A stretch of 26,095 nt of DNA from Myxococcota bacterium (GTDB lineage: Bacteria; Myxococcota; JACRCW01). The DNA lies in NCBI GenBank assembly GCA_040752415.1, contig JBFMGU010000150.1:1-26095 (forward strand), written 5' to 3'. A program made the translations under genes and the position numbers. This document shows, piece after piece, positions 1 to 8,930 of the stretch; the stretch's first letter is position 1; every line of letters begins with the position of its first letter. Under the pieces are notes generated by a model that did no database searches, had not been told where the DNA came from, and saw only the letters and a list, made by a program, of their open reading frames with translations.

Positions 1-1487
1 AGCCGTTCGTCTGCGGGAGACGCGAACACGCCGCCCTCCGACGTGATCCCCGGGCCACACTGCGCCTCACCACCCGCGCCTCCCGGCGTGCCATGTCCAC
101 CACCGCCGCCGCCGCCGTTGCCGTAGGTGCCGCCTCCGCCGCCAAGCGTCTCCGCGGACGTCGACGGGACTGGCGCGGGCGGGTAGGTGGTGATGCCTTC
201 ACCTGGATTCTGCGGCTCACCGCAAGCCACGTTGGGCGAGCCACCCTGGCCACCGCGGAAGCCCGCGGCGTCGGCGTGGATGTCATGACCGTTGAGGTAA
301 ATGGACTCCGCCATCACGGCCACCACGCCGCCGCGCTCTCCGTCCCAGGCCTGGGCGGGCGTGATGTCGTCGTAGAGGGTGAGCGCGCCGTACTCCGGCA
401 CCGTGCAGAACTGGGCCCGCGCGCCCATGAAGAGCTGCGTCTCGGTGATGGGCTCGGTCACCTCCAGGCGGGACTCGGTGTTGACCAGCGTGCTGGAGAT
501 GACGCGCGTCACCCACCAACGTCCCACGCCGGCCATGTTCGTCTCGTTGAGCATGGCGGCGTTCTCATCGACCCCCAAGTCCGCCTGCATGATGATGACG
601 AGGATGCGGTCGCCGGCGTCGGGGGATTCCAGCCGGGTGTAGAGCTTTCCGTCGCTGGAGTTGTAGCGGATGGGGCCGCAGCGGTTGAACGGCATGCCGC
701 CGTACCAGTCCATGTTTCCGTCGCCAGCCAGACCGTCGCAGTCGGTGCTCATGGAGCAGACGGGGACGCTGAGGCACTCGTGGGGCATGCATTCGTTGGT
801 GGGAACACCGGAGCTGCTACCGCCGCTGCTGCTGCTGGTGATGAATCCCGACGACGAGGAGGAGCTGGTAATCCCCGGGCCACCCGTGGTGCTGGCAAAC
901 CCCGACGACGAACTGGAGCTGGAAACACCGGCCGTGGCATCCCCCCCGCCCGACGACGACGAGCTGCTGGCGCTGGAAACCCCGCCGGTGCTGGCCAGCC
1001 CGGATGACGACGATGAGCTGGAGACGCCCGCGGCGGACGACGTCGCTGCCGCGCTGGAAGAGGACGCCGCGGAGGAGCTGCTCGCGGTGGCGGACGACGA
1101 CGAGCCTGGCCCCGAGCTGGCGCCAAGGCTGGACGATGATGCGTTGCTTGCGCTGGAGGATGAGGCGGTGCCCCCGCTGGCGTTGCTGGAGCCGTTGGCG
1201 CTCGTGCTGCCGCCGGAAGACGCATTCCCCGACGAGCTTGTGCCACCGCTGGCGTTCACGTTGGCGCCGGAGGAGGATCGGGTGACGTCGTCAGGGCCGC
1301 CCGTGCTGGCGCGCGCCACGCCGGCGTCCCAGGTCACCAGCACGCAGCGGTTGGCCACGCAGTCGTAGTTGTCGACGGTGGAACAGTCGGACTTGTCGTT
1401 GCAGACCGCGCTGGTGTCCATCTCGGAGCAGGCCGAGAGGGCCAACCCACAGATGAGCCACCTGGAACGCCAACCCCGTCCCGCCAT
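1..1487 (-). CDS. Secreted lipoprotein (partial, runs off the left edge): Cys-rich N-terminus, long Ser/Gly linker, AgmC-N-like Gly-rich domain
   Basis: Absent from the ORF track because no stop lies in the window. Manual translation: ATG at 1487 with GGAGGG RBS; MAGRGWRSRWLICGLALSAC lipobox; CNDKSDC..YDCVANRC; poly-Ser linker; then AGDRILVIIMQ..AGVGRWW..AQFCTVPEY..AWDGERGGVVAV..AAGFRGG..GEG..NGGGGGGG. The frame is open to position 3. The AgmC resemblance is from recall. Confidence 0.85.
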   Translation of the reverse strand, partial: MAGRGWRSRWLICGLALSACSEMDTSAVCNDKSDCSTVDNYDCVANRCVLVTWDAGVARASTGGPDDVTRSSSGANVNASGGTSSSGNASSGGSTSANGSSNASGGTASSSSASNASSSSLGASSGPGSSSSATASSSSAASSSSAAATSSAAGVSSSSSSSGLASTGGVSSASSSSSSGGGDATAGVSSSSSSSGFASTTGGPGITSSSSSSGFITSSSSGGSSSGVPTNECMPHECLSVPVCSMSTDCDGLAGDGNMDWYGGMPFNRCGPIRYNSSDGKLYTRLESPDAGDRILVIIMQADLGVDENAAMLNETNMAGVGRWWVTRVISSTLVNTESRLEVTEPITETQLFMGARAQFCTVPEYGALTLYDDITPAQAWDGERGGVVAVMAESIYLNGHDIHADAAGFRGGQGGSPNVACGEPQNPGEGITTYPPAPVPSTSAETLGGGGGTYGNGGGGGGGHGTPGGAGGEAQCGPGITSEGGVFASPADER

Positions 1488-1575
1488 GATCACCCTCCGG
1501 CCTGGGCCGTGGCGTTGCATGGTGCCATTGCCGGGTGTTGCCCGCACCTGTCGCGCGGGTGGTATAGCCTCGTCC

Positions 1576-2688
1576 ATGGCAAGCATGCGTGGCCCGTGGT
1601 TCGGGATCGCCTCCCTGCTGCTGATGGGCGCGACGGCGTTGCCCGCGCAGGGGGCGGAGAAAGACAAGGACAAGGCGAAGGATGAAACCGTCTCGGTGGC
1701 GGTCTTCCCGTTGCGCGCCAAGCCCGGCGTAGAAGCGGTCACGGCGGAGCTGCTGACGCTCACCATCGTCGACGAGCTGCGCACGGTCTCCTCCTTTGCG
1801 CTGGTGATGTCTCCGCATGAGGTGGGGGTGCGGCTCAGTCCCAAGGAGCAGGAACAGCTCATGGACTGCGCCTCCGACCGGTGCGCCATGCTCGACACCG
1901 AGATGGCGGGCGCCCTTGGCGTTTCTCACATGCTGGTGGGCAGCATCTTCAAGGTGGACAAGGAATTGCTGCTGAACCTCAAGCTCCTGGACCTGCGCAC
2001 CGCGCTGGAGGTGGCCAGCGTTTCGCGTCGGATGGCGGGGAGCACCAACGCCATGCTGGCGTCGGCGAAGAGCCTGCTGGGGGAGCTGCTGAAGAAGTGC
2101 AAGTTCCTCAAGCCGCTGGGCAAGGAGTCCGCCACCGCCGCGCCCCCTCCGCCGCCACCGCCGCCGCCTCGTCGCGCACCGCAACCGGAGACCGTCACCA
2201 CCGCGGCGCCCGCTCCCGCGCCCGTCGAGGCGGAGGCCTCGCCCGCTCCCGTGACGACGTTGATGGCCGTTCCCGACCCGCCCACGCGCCCCGCACCCGA
2301 GGCCACCACACCCGCCCCCGCCGCCGCGGCCGCGCCTCCTCCGCGCGTGGTTCCGCTGTGGGCTCCCGGTGTCCTGGGTGGCGGCGTGACCGGCCTGGCC
2401 GTGGGCGTGTTGGGCCTGGTGGGGACGGCGGTGATGGGCACGTTGGCCACCATGTTGCTCGGCGTGGTGTACGTGGTGCCGGTGTTGAACCTGCTGCTCT
2501 TCCCCGACTCCAGCAGTCCCGACACGCGCCTGCCGCGCCTTGCGCATGGCAGTCAGGCGGAGCTGATGACGGCGGGTGCCGCGTGGGCGCTGGCTGCTGT
2601 TGGCGCGGTCCTGGTGCCCGTGGTGCTGGTGCTGATCGTCGGCGGCGCGGTGGCCACCAGTGCGGGTGGTGCGCTCAGCCGCGAGTGA
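1576..2688 (+). CDS. Secreted/membrane protein: TolB-N/CsgG-like alpha-beta domain, Pro-rich linker, C-terminal TM helices
   Basis: Signal peptide from ATG 1576 (or 1585); VAVFPL..C-x4-C..MAGALGVSHMLVGSIFKVDKELLLNLKLLD pattern; PPPPPPPP linker; hydrophobic C-terminus. The ORF-track start at 1369 overlaps the divergent gene and is rejected. Confidence 0.7.
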   Translation: MASMRGPWFGIASLLLMGATALPAQGAEKDKDKAKDETVSVAVFPLRAKPGVEAVTAELLTLTIVDELRTVSSFALVMSPHEVGVRLSPKEQEQLMDCASDRCAMLDTEMAGALGVSHMLVGSIFKVDKELLLNLKLLDLRTALEVASVSRRMAGSTNAMLASAKSLLGELLKKCKFLKPLGKESATAAPPPPPPPPPRRAPQPETVTTAAPAPAPVEAEASPAPVTTLMAVPDPPTRPAPEATTPAPAAAAAPPPRVVPLWAPGVLGGGVTGLAVGVLGLVGTAVMGTLATMLLGVVYVVPVLNLLLFPDSSSPDTRLPRLAHGSQAELMTAGAAWALAAVGAVLVPVVLVLIVGGAVATSAGGALSRE

Positions 2689-2696
2689 CGTCGGAA

Positions 2697-2730
2697 ACGG
2701 ACGGGCGGCGCGCGAGGTCCGCCCATCCGT
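2697..2730. terminator. Hairpin between convergent genes (putative terminator)
   Basis: ACGGACGGGCGG (2697-2708) and CCGCCCATCCGT (2719-2730) form a 12-bp stem with one G-U on the minus strand. No U-tract. Confidence 0.5.
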
Positions 2731-2742
2731 CACCACACGCGC

Positions 2743-4236
2743 TCAGTAGAGATTCCCGCTGCGCTTCTGGCCTGTGTAGTCCACGTAGACGGTGCGCCAC
2801 TCGCTGTAGAAGTCGATGGCGGTCTTCCCCATCTCACGTGCGCCCACGCCGGTGGCCTTGGTTCCGCCAAAGGGCAGGTGCGCCTCTCCGCCCACGGTGG
2901 GGTTGTTGACGTGGAGCATGCCGGTCTCCAGCCGGTCCACGTACTGCAACGCCCGCGCAACGTTGTTGGTGTAGAGGCTGGAGGTCAGGCCGTAGCGCAC
3001 GCCGTTGGCCACCTCGATGGCCTCGTCAAACGACTTCACGCGCAGGATGGAGAGCACCGGGCCAAAGACCTCCTCCTGGGCAATGCGCATGTTGGGCTTG
3101 ACGTGGTCGAACACGGTGGGCGCCACGAAGTAGCCCTTCTTGAGGTCTCCGTCGGTGACGCGGTCGCCGCCGCACACCAGGCGCGCGCCTTCCTCTTTGG
3201 CAATCTGGATGTAGCTGAGGTCCGTCTTGAACTGCCCCTCGTCGACGGCCGGGCCCATGCCGCTGCCATCCTTGAGCGGGTCGCCCACGGTGATCTTGCG
3301 GGTCAGCTCCGCCACGCGCTCCACGAACTTGTCCGCCACCGACTCCATCACGACGACACGACTCGTGGCCGTGCAGCGCTGACCGGTGGAGCCGAACGCG
3401 CCGCCCACGGTGCCCGCGGCGGCCAGCTCCAGGTCCGCGTCGTCCAGGACGATGACCGCGTTCTTGCCGCCCATCTCGCATTGCACCTTCTTGAGCAGCG
3501 GCGCGGCGTCGGAATACAGGCGCGTGCCCACCTCGTTGCTGCCGGTGAACGAGACCGCCACGATCTCCGGGTGCGTGACAATGCGCTGGCCCACCGTGCC
3601 GCCACCGCCCATCACCAGGTTCAGCACCCCCTTGGGCAGGCCGGCCTCATGGAAGATCTCGACGAGGATGCTGGCCGTCCACGGCGTCAGCGAGGCGGGC
3701 TTGAACACCACGGCGTTGCCGCACAGCAGCGCGGGGGCAATCTTCCAGACGGGGATGCACACCGGGAAGTTCCACGGCGTGACAATCCCCACCACGCCCA
3801 GCGGAGCGCGCACGGTGTACGTGAACGTGTTGGGCAGCTCCGAGGGCGCGGTCTCACCGTTGAGGCGGCGGCCTTCTCCGGCGGTGAACTCCAGCACGTT
3901 GATGGCCTTCTGCACCTCGCCACGCGCCTCTGCAATCAGCTTGCCTTCCTCCAGCGTGAGCGCGCGGGCCAGCTCCTCCTTGCGCGCCTCCATGACCCGC
4001 ATGGCGCGGAACAACAGCTCACCGCGCTTGGGGGCGGGCGTGGCGCGCCAGCCGGGCAGGGCGGCCTTGGCGGCTTCCACCGCGGCGTCCACGTCGGAGG
4101 CGTCACCCAGGGTGTACGTGCCCAGCACGTGCTCGGTGTTGGCGGGGTTGATGTTCTGACCGGTCTTGCCAGTGCGGCCGGCCACCCACTCACCGTGGAT
4201 GAAGTTGAGAAGGGGCTTGTGGGTTGTCTGCGTCAC
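2743..4236 (-). CDS. NAD(P)-dependent aldehyde dehydrogenase (alpha-ketoglutaric semialdehyde dehydrogenase-like)
   Basis: TPWNFP, FKPAS, FTGS, CEMGGKN, GQRCTA (catalytic Cys), EEVFGPV and PFGG motifs. GTG start at 4236 with GGAGG RBS; 497 aa. Confidence 0.93.
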   Translation of the reverse strand: MTQTTHKPLLNFIHGEWVAGRTGKTGQNINPANTEHVLGTYTLGDASDVDAAVEAAKAALPGWRATPAPKRGELLFRAMRVMEARKEELARALTLEEGKLIAEARGEVQKAINVLEFTAGEGRRLNGETAPSELPNTFTYTVRAPLGVVGIVTPWNFPVCIPVWKIAPALLCGNAVVFKPASLTPWTASILVEIFHEAGLPKGVLNLVMGGGGTVGQRIVTHPEIVAVSFTGSNEVGTRLYSDAAPLLKKVQCEMGGKNAVIVLDDADLELAAAGTVGGAFGSTGQRCTATSRVVVMESVADKFVERVAELTRKITVGDPLKDGSGMGPAVDEGQFKTDLSYIQIAKEEGARLVCGGDRVTDGDLKKGYFVAPTVFDHVKPNMRIAQEEVFGPVLSILRVKSFDEAIEVANGVRYGLTSSLYTNNVARALQYVDRLETGMLHVNNPTVGGEAHLPFGGTKATGVGAREMGKTAIDFYSEWRTVYVDYTGQKRSGNLY

Positions 4237-4332
4237 GGCGTCTGTCCTCCCGCGCGGCGGTGTGAAGGCCGCGTCAAGGAGGCCGGGCGTACCTGCGCGT
4301 GACGGACAGGTCAAACGCCCAACAGCGGATTC

Positions 4333-4917
4333 TCAGCGCCAGGTGGCGGGCTTGAAGCCCATGGCCTCGCCCAGCTGACGACCGAAGACGGTGGGCTCCG
4401 CGGGGCGGGGCACGCACCAGGTGACGCCGTTGGTGGTGAGCCATTGCGCCAGCTCCGGCGTGGCCTCACCAAAAGCCGCCACCGTCACGCCGCCACGCCC
4501 CGTGGCCTGCAACCACCGCACGATGTCTGGACCCATGGTGGGGCCCAGCAGCAGGTCCACCAGGACCACGTGCACGCGCTCACCAATCAGCACGCCCTCC
4601 GCCTCATGTGGCGACGAGAACGTGGTCACGAGCATGCCCGCGTCCCACAGGCCCATGGCCAGCGCGTCGCGCTGCGGACCCGCGGGCATCACCAGCACCG
4701 CGTGGAACTCCGTGTGGTTGTGCTCGAGCTTGTGGCTTACCTGCGTAGCCGCCACGCCAGGCGCAGACCACGTCGTCGCTTGGGGGAAACCGCTGTGGGC
4801 CAGACTCTCGAGATGGGTATTCATGATCGCGTCGCCTTGGCGCGGAACCGTTCCGCCTTGGGCGACCTCCGCGTTGTTCATCAACGGGCGGGAGGCCTGA
4901 ACGTTGTGCGTGGTCAT
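4333..4917 (-). CDS. Atypical (pseudo-)receiver domain protein with N-terminal extension
   Basis: ATG 4917 with AAGGAGG RBS. The C-terminal ~120 aa follow the CheY fold pattern (VHVVLVDLLLG), but the acidic pair, Thr/Ser and Lys are substituted. Confidence 0.7.
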   Translation of the reverse strand: MTTHNVQASRPLMNNAEVAQGGTVPRQGDAIMNTHLESLAHSGFPQATTWSAPGVAATQVSHKLEHNHTEFHAVLVMPAGPQRDALAMGLWDAGMLVTTFSSPHEAEGVLIGERVHVVLVDLLLGPTMGPDIVRWLQATGRGGVTVAAFGEATPELAQWLTTNGVTWCVPRPAEPTVFGRQLGEAMGFKPATWR

Positions 4918-4964
4918 GCGTGCCTCCTTTCCCGACGTGCCTCTCGGCTCGCGACCTCCCGCTG

Positions 4965-4980
4965 TGCAGCCGCCGGGCCA
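4965..4980 (-). promoter_or_regulatory. Putative sigma54 -24/-12 promoter
   Basis: Minus strand TGGCCCG-GCGG-CTGCA (GG-N10-GC), 47 nt upstream of ATG 4917. Confidence 0.45.
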
Positions 4981-5157
4981 GCGCCGAAAGCACGCGACGG
5001 GGGTCACACCGCGGTCCGCGCTCGGGATGCCGAAGTGGGTGTAAGTGGCGGATTTGTCATGGTTTTTGGCGGGTTTGCGGAAAGCACGGTGGGGATGGGG
5101 GTGCACGTGCGACCGCGCAGCTGCACGCGTGTGGATGCGGACATCCGTGTCAGACGG

Positions 5158-5175
5158 TGCGTCACCGGTGACGCA
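5158..5175. promoter_or_regulatory. Perfect 18-bp palindrome, candidate activator/enhancer site
   Basis: TGCGTCACCGGTGACGCA in a 400-bp intergenic region, about 180 bp upstream of the sigma54-like motif. Confidence 0.45.
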
Positions 5176-5316
5176 AAGCGGCAGCCGGATGAGCGCGACA
5201 CACCAACGCGCGAGATCCGAAACGCGTGCGAAACAATGTGCGTTGATCCGGTGACAGAGTGACGACGGCGACGACGCGGTCTGGGAGCCGCGTGCGCGCC
5301 GTGTTCGTGTTTCCAC

Positions 5317-5709
5317 TTAGCCGCGCGCGACGTGACGCCCGAGCACGGTGATGAGCCCGCTCAAGGTGGCCGGCGTGTGGAGCAACCCCGTGTCGCCGAA
5401 CTCACGGGCGTACTCGGCGAGGGTGGGGGACGCGCTCCACGCCACCACCGGTGTGTTCTCGTGCGCGCGCAGGGAGCGCAGGGCCGCCATGAATGGCCCG
5501 GTGCGCATTCCGGGCTTGCCCACGTCCACGACGATGACGTCGACGGTGTTGTTGGCCAGCTCCGGCACGGCGTCATCGAGCGTATTGACCACGCGCACGG
5601 TGTAGCCCGCCTCCTGCAAGGCGTCCCGGGTGATGTCCCGCAGATTCACGTCGTCCTCCACCAGCAGGACAACGCCTCTTGCCGCTTCCCTCACGCGACC
5701 CAGCCCCAC
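5317..5709 (-). CDS. Single-domain response regulator (CheY-like)
   Basis: VLLVEDD, DVIVVDVGKPG and PVVAWSA motifs; the conserved KP is replaced by TP. Start may be GTG 5694. Confidence 0.85.
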   Translation of the reverse strand: MGLGRVREAARGVVLLVEDDVNLRDITRDALQEAGYTVRVVNTLDDAVPELANNTVDVIVVDVGKPGMRTGPFMAALRSLRAHENTPVVAWSASPTLAEYAREFGDTGLLHTPATLSGLITVLGRHVARG

Positions 5710-5866
5710 GAGGTCTGCGCGGCACCCCCTTCCGCATCCCGCGGAGGCAGTCCGGCAACGCTCGACGGAGCGAGCATGCTCTCAACAGGCGCCCCCGATC
5801 AACCCTCGACGTGCGCGGGTCGGCGTGGTGTCAAATTGCCCCATGACCATGCCACCACGCGCCCCC

Positions 5867-7057
5867 ATGCGCGCCTCACGGGAACAGGTCCTGGCCTTCC
5901 GCCTCGACGGGCATCACCTTGCCCGGCGCCTCCCTCGTGGCTCGCTGCTGCAGACGGCAGGTGCGTGCGGGCTCCAGGATACGCCGCCCGGCTCCGCGCT
6001 GCTGGGAATGCACGCGCGCGTTTCCGGCCTGACCCCCGACGACGTCACGCGCGCCCTGGAGAACGCCAAGACGCTGTTTGCCACGTGGAGTCTTCGCGGT
6101 GCGCCGCACGTGATGCCCACGCGGGATGCCTCCGTCTTCACGCTGGGACTGCTTCCTGACGACGAGGAATCTCTGCGCGCCTTCCTGGGCGGCGGGGTGA
6201 TTCCGTTGGATGTCGTCGGGATGACTGCCGCGGAGCTCGTGGCGCGGACAGGGGAGGTGTCGCGCCAGGTGCTGGACGGGCGGGATGTGACCAAGGATGA
6301 GCTGGGCGTCGAGCTGTCCGAACGCATCGCCCGCGAGCTGAAGGGGAAGCAGCGGGCGCGCTGGCGCGCTCCGTCGATCGTTGTCCGCGGTCAGACGATG
6401 GGCGAGTCGCTGGTGCGGTTCGCGATCAGCGTGGTGGCATTGCAGGGCGTGGTGTGCGTGGGACCTCGTCGTGGGGGCGCGGTTCGTTATGCGCGCACGG
6501 ACCAGTGGCTGGGCAAGGCGTTGCCGAAGGCTCGTCGGGAAACGGCGGAAGCGGAGCTGGTGCGCCGGTATCTTGCCTGCTACGGGCCGTCGACGTCGGA
6601 GGAGCTGGCGCAGTGGGCGGGGATTGGGCTGGCCCAGGCGGAGCATGCGTGGAAGCGCGTGGCAAAGGAGCTCATTCCAGCCGACATCGACGGAAGGACC
6701 GCTTGGGTCCACCGTGGGGACCAGGCGCGGCTGGGCTCACCGAACGTGCCGCAAGGTGTCCGCTTCCTTCTCCCCCACGACCCGTTCCTGCAGCTGCGCG
6801 ACCGCACCACGCTCGCCCCGGAACGCGCGCTTCAGCGTCGGATCTGGCGCGCCATCGGGAATCCCGGCGTGGTGCTGGCCGAGGGGCGGTTGATGGGGCT
6901 GTGGCGTCCAGCGAAGAGCGGAAAACGACTGCGAATCTCCGTCGAGCTGGTAGCTCCCATGACCCGAGAGGTCCGCACGCACCTCGAGGTGGAAGCAGCG
7001 GCGTTGGCGCCGTGGCGGGGAGTCTCGACGGTGGAGGTCAAGGTGACGTCGGAGTAG
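5867..7057 (+). CDS. HTH_42 winged-helix DNA glycosylase family protein (AlkZ/YcaQ-like)
   Basis: FRLDGHHL..GLQDTPPGSALLGMHARV..TWSLRGAPH..LVRRYLACYGPST..LAQWAG..FLLPHDPFL..PGVVLAEGRLMGLWR. Alternative starts at 5843 and 5849. Confidence 0.85.
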   Translation: MRASREQVLAFRLDGHHLARRLPRGSLLQTAGACGLQDTPPGSALLGMHARVSGLTPDDVTRALENAKTLFATWSLRGAPHVMPTRDASVFTLGLLPDDEESLRAFLGGGVIPLDVVGMTAAELVARTGEVSRQVLDGRDVTKDELGVELSERIARELKGKQRARWRAPSIVVRGQTMGESLVRFAISVVALQGVVCVGPRRGGAVRYARTDQWLGKALPKARRETAEAELVRRYLACYGPSTSEELAQWAGIGLAQAEHAWKRVAKELIPADIDGRTAWVHRGDQARLGSPNVPQGVRFLLPHDPFLQLRDRTTLAPERALQRRIWRAIGNPGVVLAEGRLMGLWRPAKSGKRLRISVELVAPMTREVRTHLEVEAAALAPWRGVSTVEVKVTSE

Positions 7058-8085
7058 CCGGGGTGCGCAGCGCCTTCACCAGGACGTCTCGCATGCACTG
7101 GGCAAGCAGCTCGTGGCCCGGGTCGGAGAAGTGCCAGATGTCCGAGAACGTGGTGCGTGCCTCGCCGTTGAACGCGCGTGAACAATCCGCCACCGACGCC
7201 ACGTCCCTCGCCTCCAACTGCTGCAGCTCCCGACGCATGGCCTCGTAGCTGCCCGTCAGGCTCTCCAGCGACGGGTGCGCCTGCAGGTAGCCCGCGAGCA
7301 GCACGTGTTCCACCTCACTGAGCGGCGTCTTCTCGAACAACGCCGGTTGCAACACCGCCACCAGCTTCGCCCCGCGCTCCGACGTCATGCGGGCCATGCC
7401 TTGCATGTGCTCGGCGTAGAGGCGCACGCGCTCGTCGTAGTCGTGGGCGTGGTAGGTGACGGTCCAGGCGCGTCCGTCGTGGGTAGGCGTTTCCTCGCCG
7501 TACAGCGCGCGCGGTGGCGCCGTTGAGCACGTCATTGAGCCCGTTGAGCACCAGGACCACGTCGGGCTTCTCCACGTGCAGGAAGTGGCGCAGCGCTTCC
7601 TCCTCCTGGACGGATTTCCACGCGCCCGCCGCGAAGACGGTGATGTCGACGGGGACGCCATCCTGCGCCGCGAGCTGGGCGAGTCGATGGAAGTACGTGC
7701 GGTCCGCGCGGGAGGCGTTGGCGCCGGTGGCCACGCTGCCTCCCAGGATCACCACCCGACGAGCATCCCGGGGGCCCGGCACGCGCTGGAGCCCGCGCTC
7801 ATCCACGTCGACGAGGGGAGGATGGTGGACCTCCGCCATGTGCCAGCCAAAGCGTGAGTGTTTGGTGTGCGGAGGCAGTCGCGCGCCCCAGTAGCCCTCG
7901 CGCGGGCCGTCGGGTGGCACGTCGAGGTTGCGCTCCAGGAAGCTGGCCTCCCACGCGCGCACGTTCAGGCCCTTGCCTTGCTGACGCCACAACCTCCGGC
8001 CCACCCAGCCCGCGCCGCCAACGACGGTCGCCGTCATCAACAGCGTCAGGGCCCAGAAGGCCGCGGGTTTCCATCGCTTCGACAT
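7038..8085 (-). pseudogene. SGNH/GDSL hydrolase family membrane-anchored protein split by a frameshift at ~7505-7513
   Basis: The 5' frame (ATG 8085) has a TM anchor, ILGGSVA (block I) and NGLND (block III). The 3' frame has LQP and DIWH (block V). Total length is 1048 nt; adding one GC unit restores a 349-aa ORF. Confidence 0.8.
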
Positions 8086-8182
8086 GGGGCAAGGTGTCCG
8101 ACGCCGTCGGTTAGCACGGAGAAGTCGGCTGCCGCTGCTCCAGGCAAGCCTCGCGCTCCCACCGCGCTCGCTCCGGAACAAT

Positions 8183-8215
8183 TTGACACTCAGTCCCAAA
8201 TGGGACTAAGTGTCA
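8183..8215 (+). promoter_or_regulatory. TetR-type operator inverted repeat overlapping a TTGACA -35
   Basis: TGACACTCAGTCCCA-AA-TGGGACTAAGTGTCA (14/15 arm match); TTGACA at 8183-8188; directly upstream of the ICMT-tetR pair. Confidence 0.8.
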
Positions 8216-8234
8216 TTTTTGGAGCGTGAAGGTC

Positions 8235-8930
8235 ATGGCAGCAGATTCAAGCCGCGCCAACGTGGTCCGCGGCGTTCTCCGTGCTTGCGCTGCGGGGGCG
8301 GTGTTCGCGTTGGTGCTCGTCGGGACGGCGGGGACGGCCGGGTGGTGGCAGGCGTGGGCGTTTGTCGCGGCCTCGACGGTCGCCGTGGCGGCGCTCCACG
8401 TGCTCGTCTTTGATGCCAACCCCGACCTGGTACGTGAGCGCGCCACGGCGGGGGCGTTGGCGCCGGCGTGGGATCGCCACCTGGTGCGGGGGATGAATCT
8501 CTCGCTGCCACTCATGCTGGCGCTGGCGGGGTTGGACCATCGCTCGGGGTGGACTCCGGCGTGGGGCATGGCACCGTCGCTTGCGGCGCTGGTCTGCCTC
8601 GTCGTGGGCAACGCCATCACGCTGCAGGCCATGCGGGCGAATGCCTTCTTCTCCAGCCACGTGCGCATCCAGCGGGACCGCAACCATGTCCCCGTCGGAA
8701 ACGGGCCGTACGCGTGCGTTCGCCACCCGGGTTACGCCGGGGCGGTGCTCTACAACCTCGCCGCGGCCGTGCTGTTGGGTTCCGTCCCGGCGCTCGTCGT
8801 GGCTGGGGTGTTCGTGGTGCTTGTCGTCATCAGGACGGCGCTGGAGGACGCCACGTTGACGCGGGAGCTGCCCGGATACGCGGAGTATGCGCGTCGGGTC
8901 AGGAGCCGCCTGGTGCCGCTGCTGTGGTGA
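8235..8930 (+). CDS. Isoprenylcysteine carboxyl methyltransferase (ICMT/PEMT) family membrane protein
   Basis: Multiple TM helices; ANAFFSSHVRIQ..GPYACVRHPGYAG..RTALED..L..ELPGYAEY..VRSRLVP; GGAG RBS at 8221-8224. Confidence 0.88.
   Translation: MAADSSRANVVRGVLRACAAGAVFALVLVGTAGTAGWWQAWAFVAASTVAVAALHVLVFDANPDLVRERATAGALAPAWDRHLVRGMNLSLPLMLALAGLDHRSGWTPAWGMAPSLAALVCLVVGNAITLQAMRANAFFSSHVRIQRDRNHVPVGNGPYACVRHPGYAGAVLYNLAAAVLLGSVPALVVAGVFVVLVVIRTALEDATLTRELPGYAEYARRVRSRLVPLLW

Noticed and set aside
93..1368. Plus-strand ORFs 93..1007 and 670..1368 (acidic LEDD-rich 'protein')
   Set aside because: Antisense shadows of the minus-strand Ser/Gly-rich lipoprotein, which has an RBS, lipobox and conserved motifs.
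2878..4302. 474-aa plus-strand ORF, and similar long antisense ORFs (1291..2736, 11228..12514, 13688..14920, 14821..16470, 18363..20063, 23407..24552, 24947..26065)
   Set aside because: Typical stop-poor antisense frames of high-GC genes; no motifs, and each overlaps a well-supported gene.
4918..5316. N-terminal extension of ORF 4333..5316, or a riboswitch in this gap
   Set aside because: A strong AAGGAGG RBS supports the start at 4917, and I could not recognise any riboswitch consensus by eye (an Rfam scan would be decisive).
5830..5847. GTCA-N10-TGAC dyad upstream of the AlkZ-like gene as a DNA-damage operator
   Set aside because: Only 4-bp arms, overlapping a possible start codon; not distinguishable from chance.
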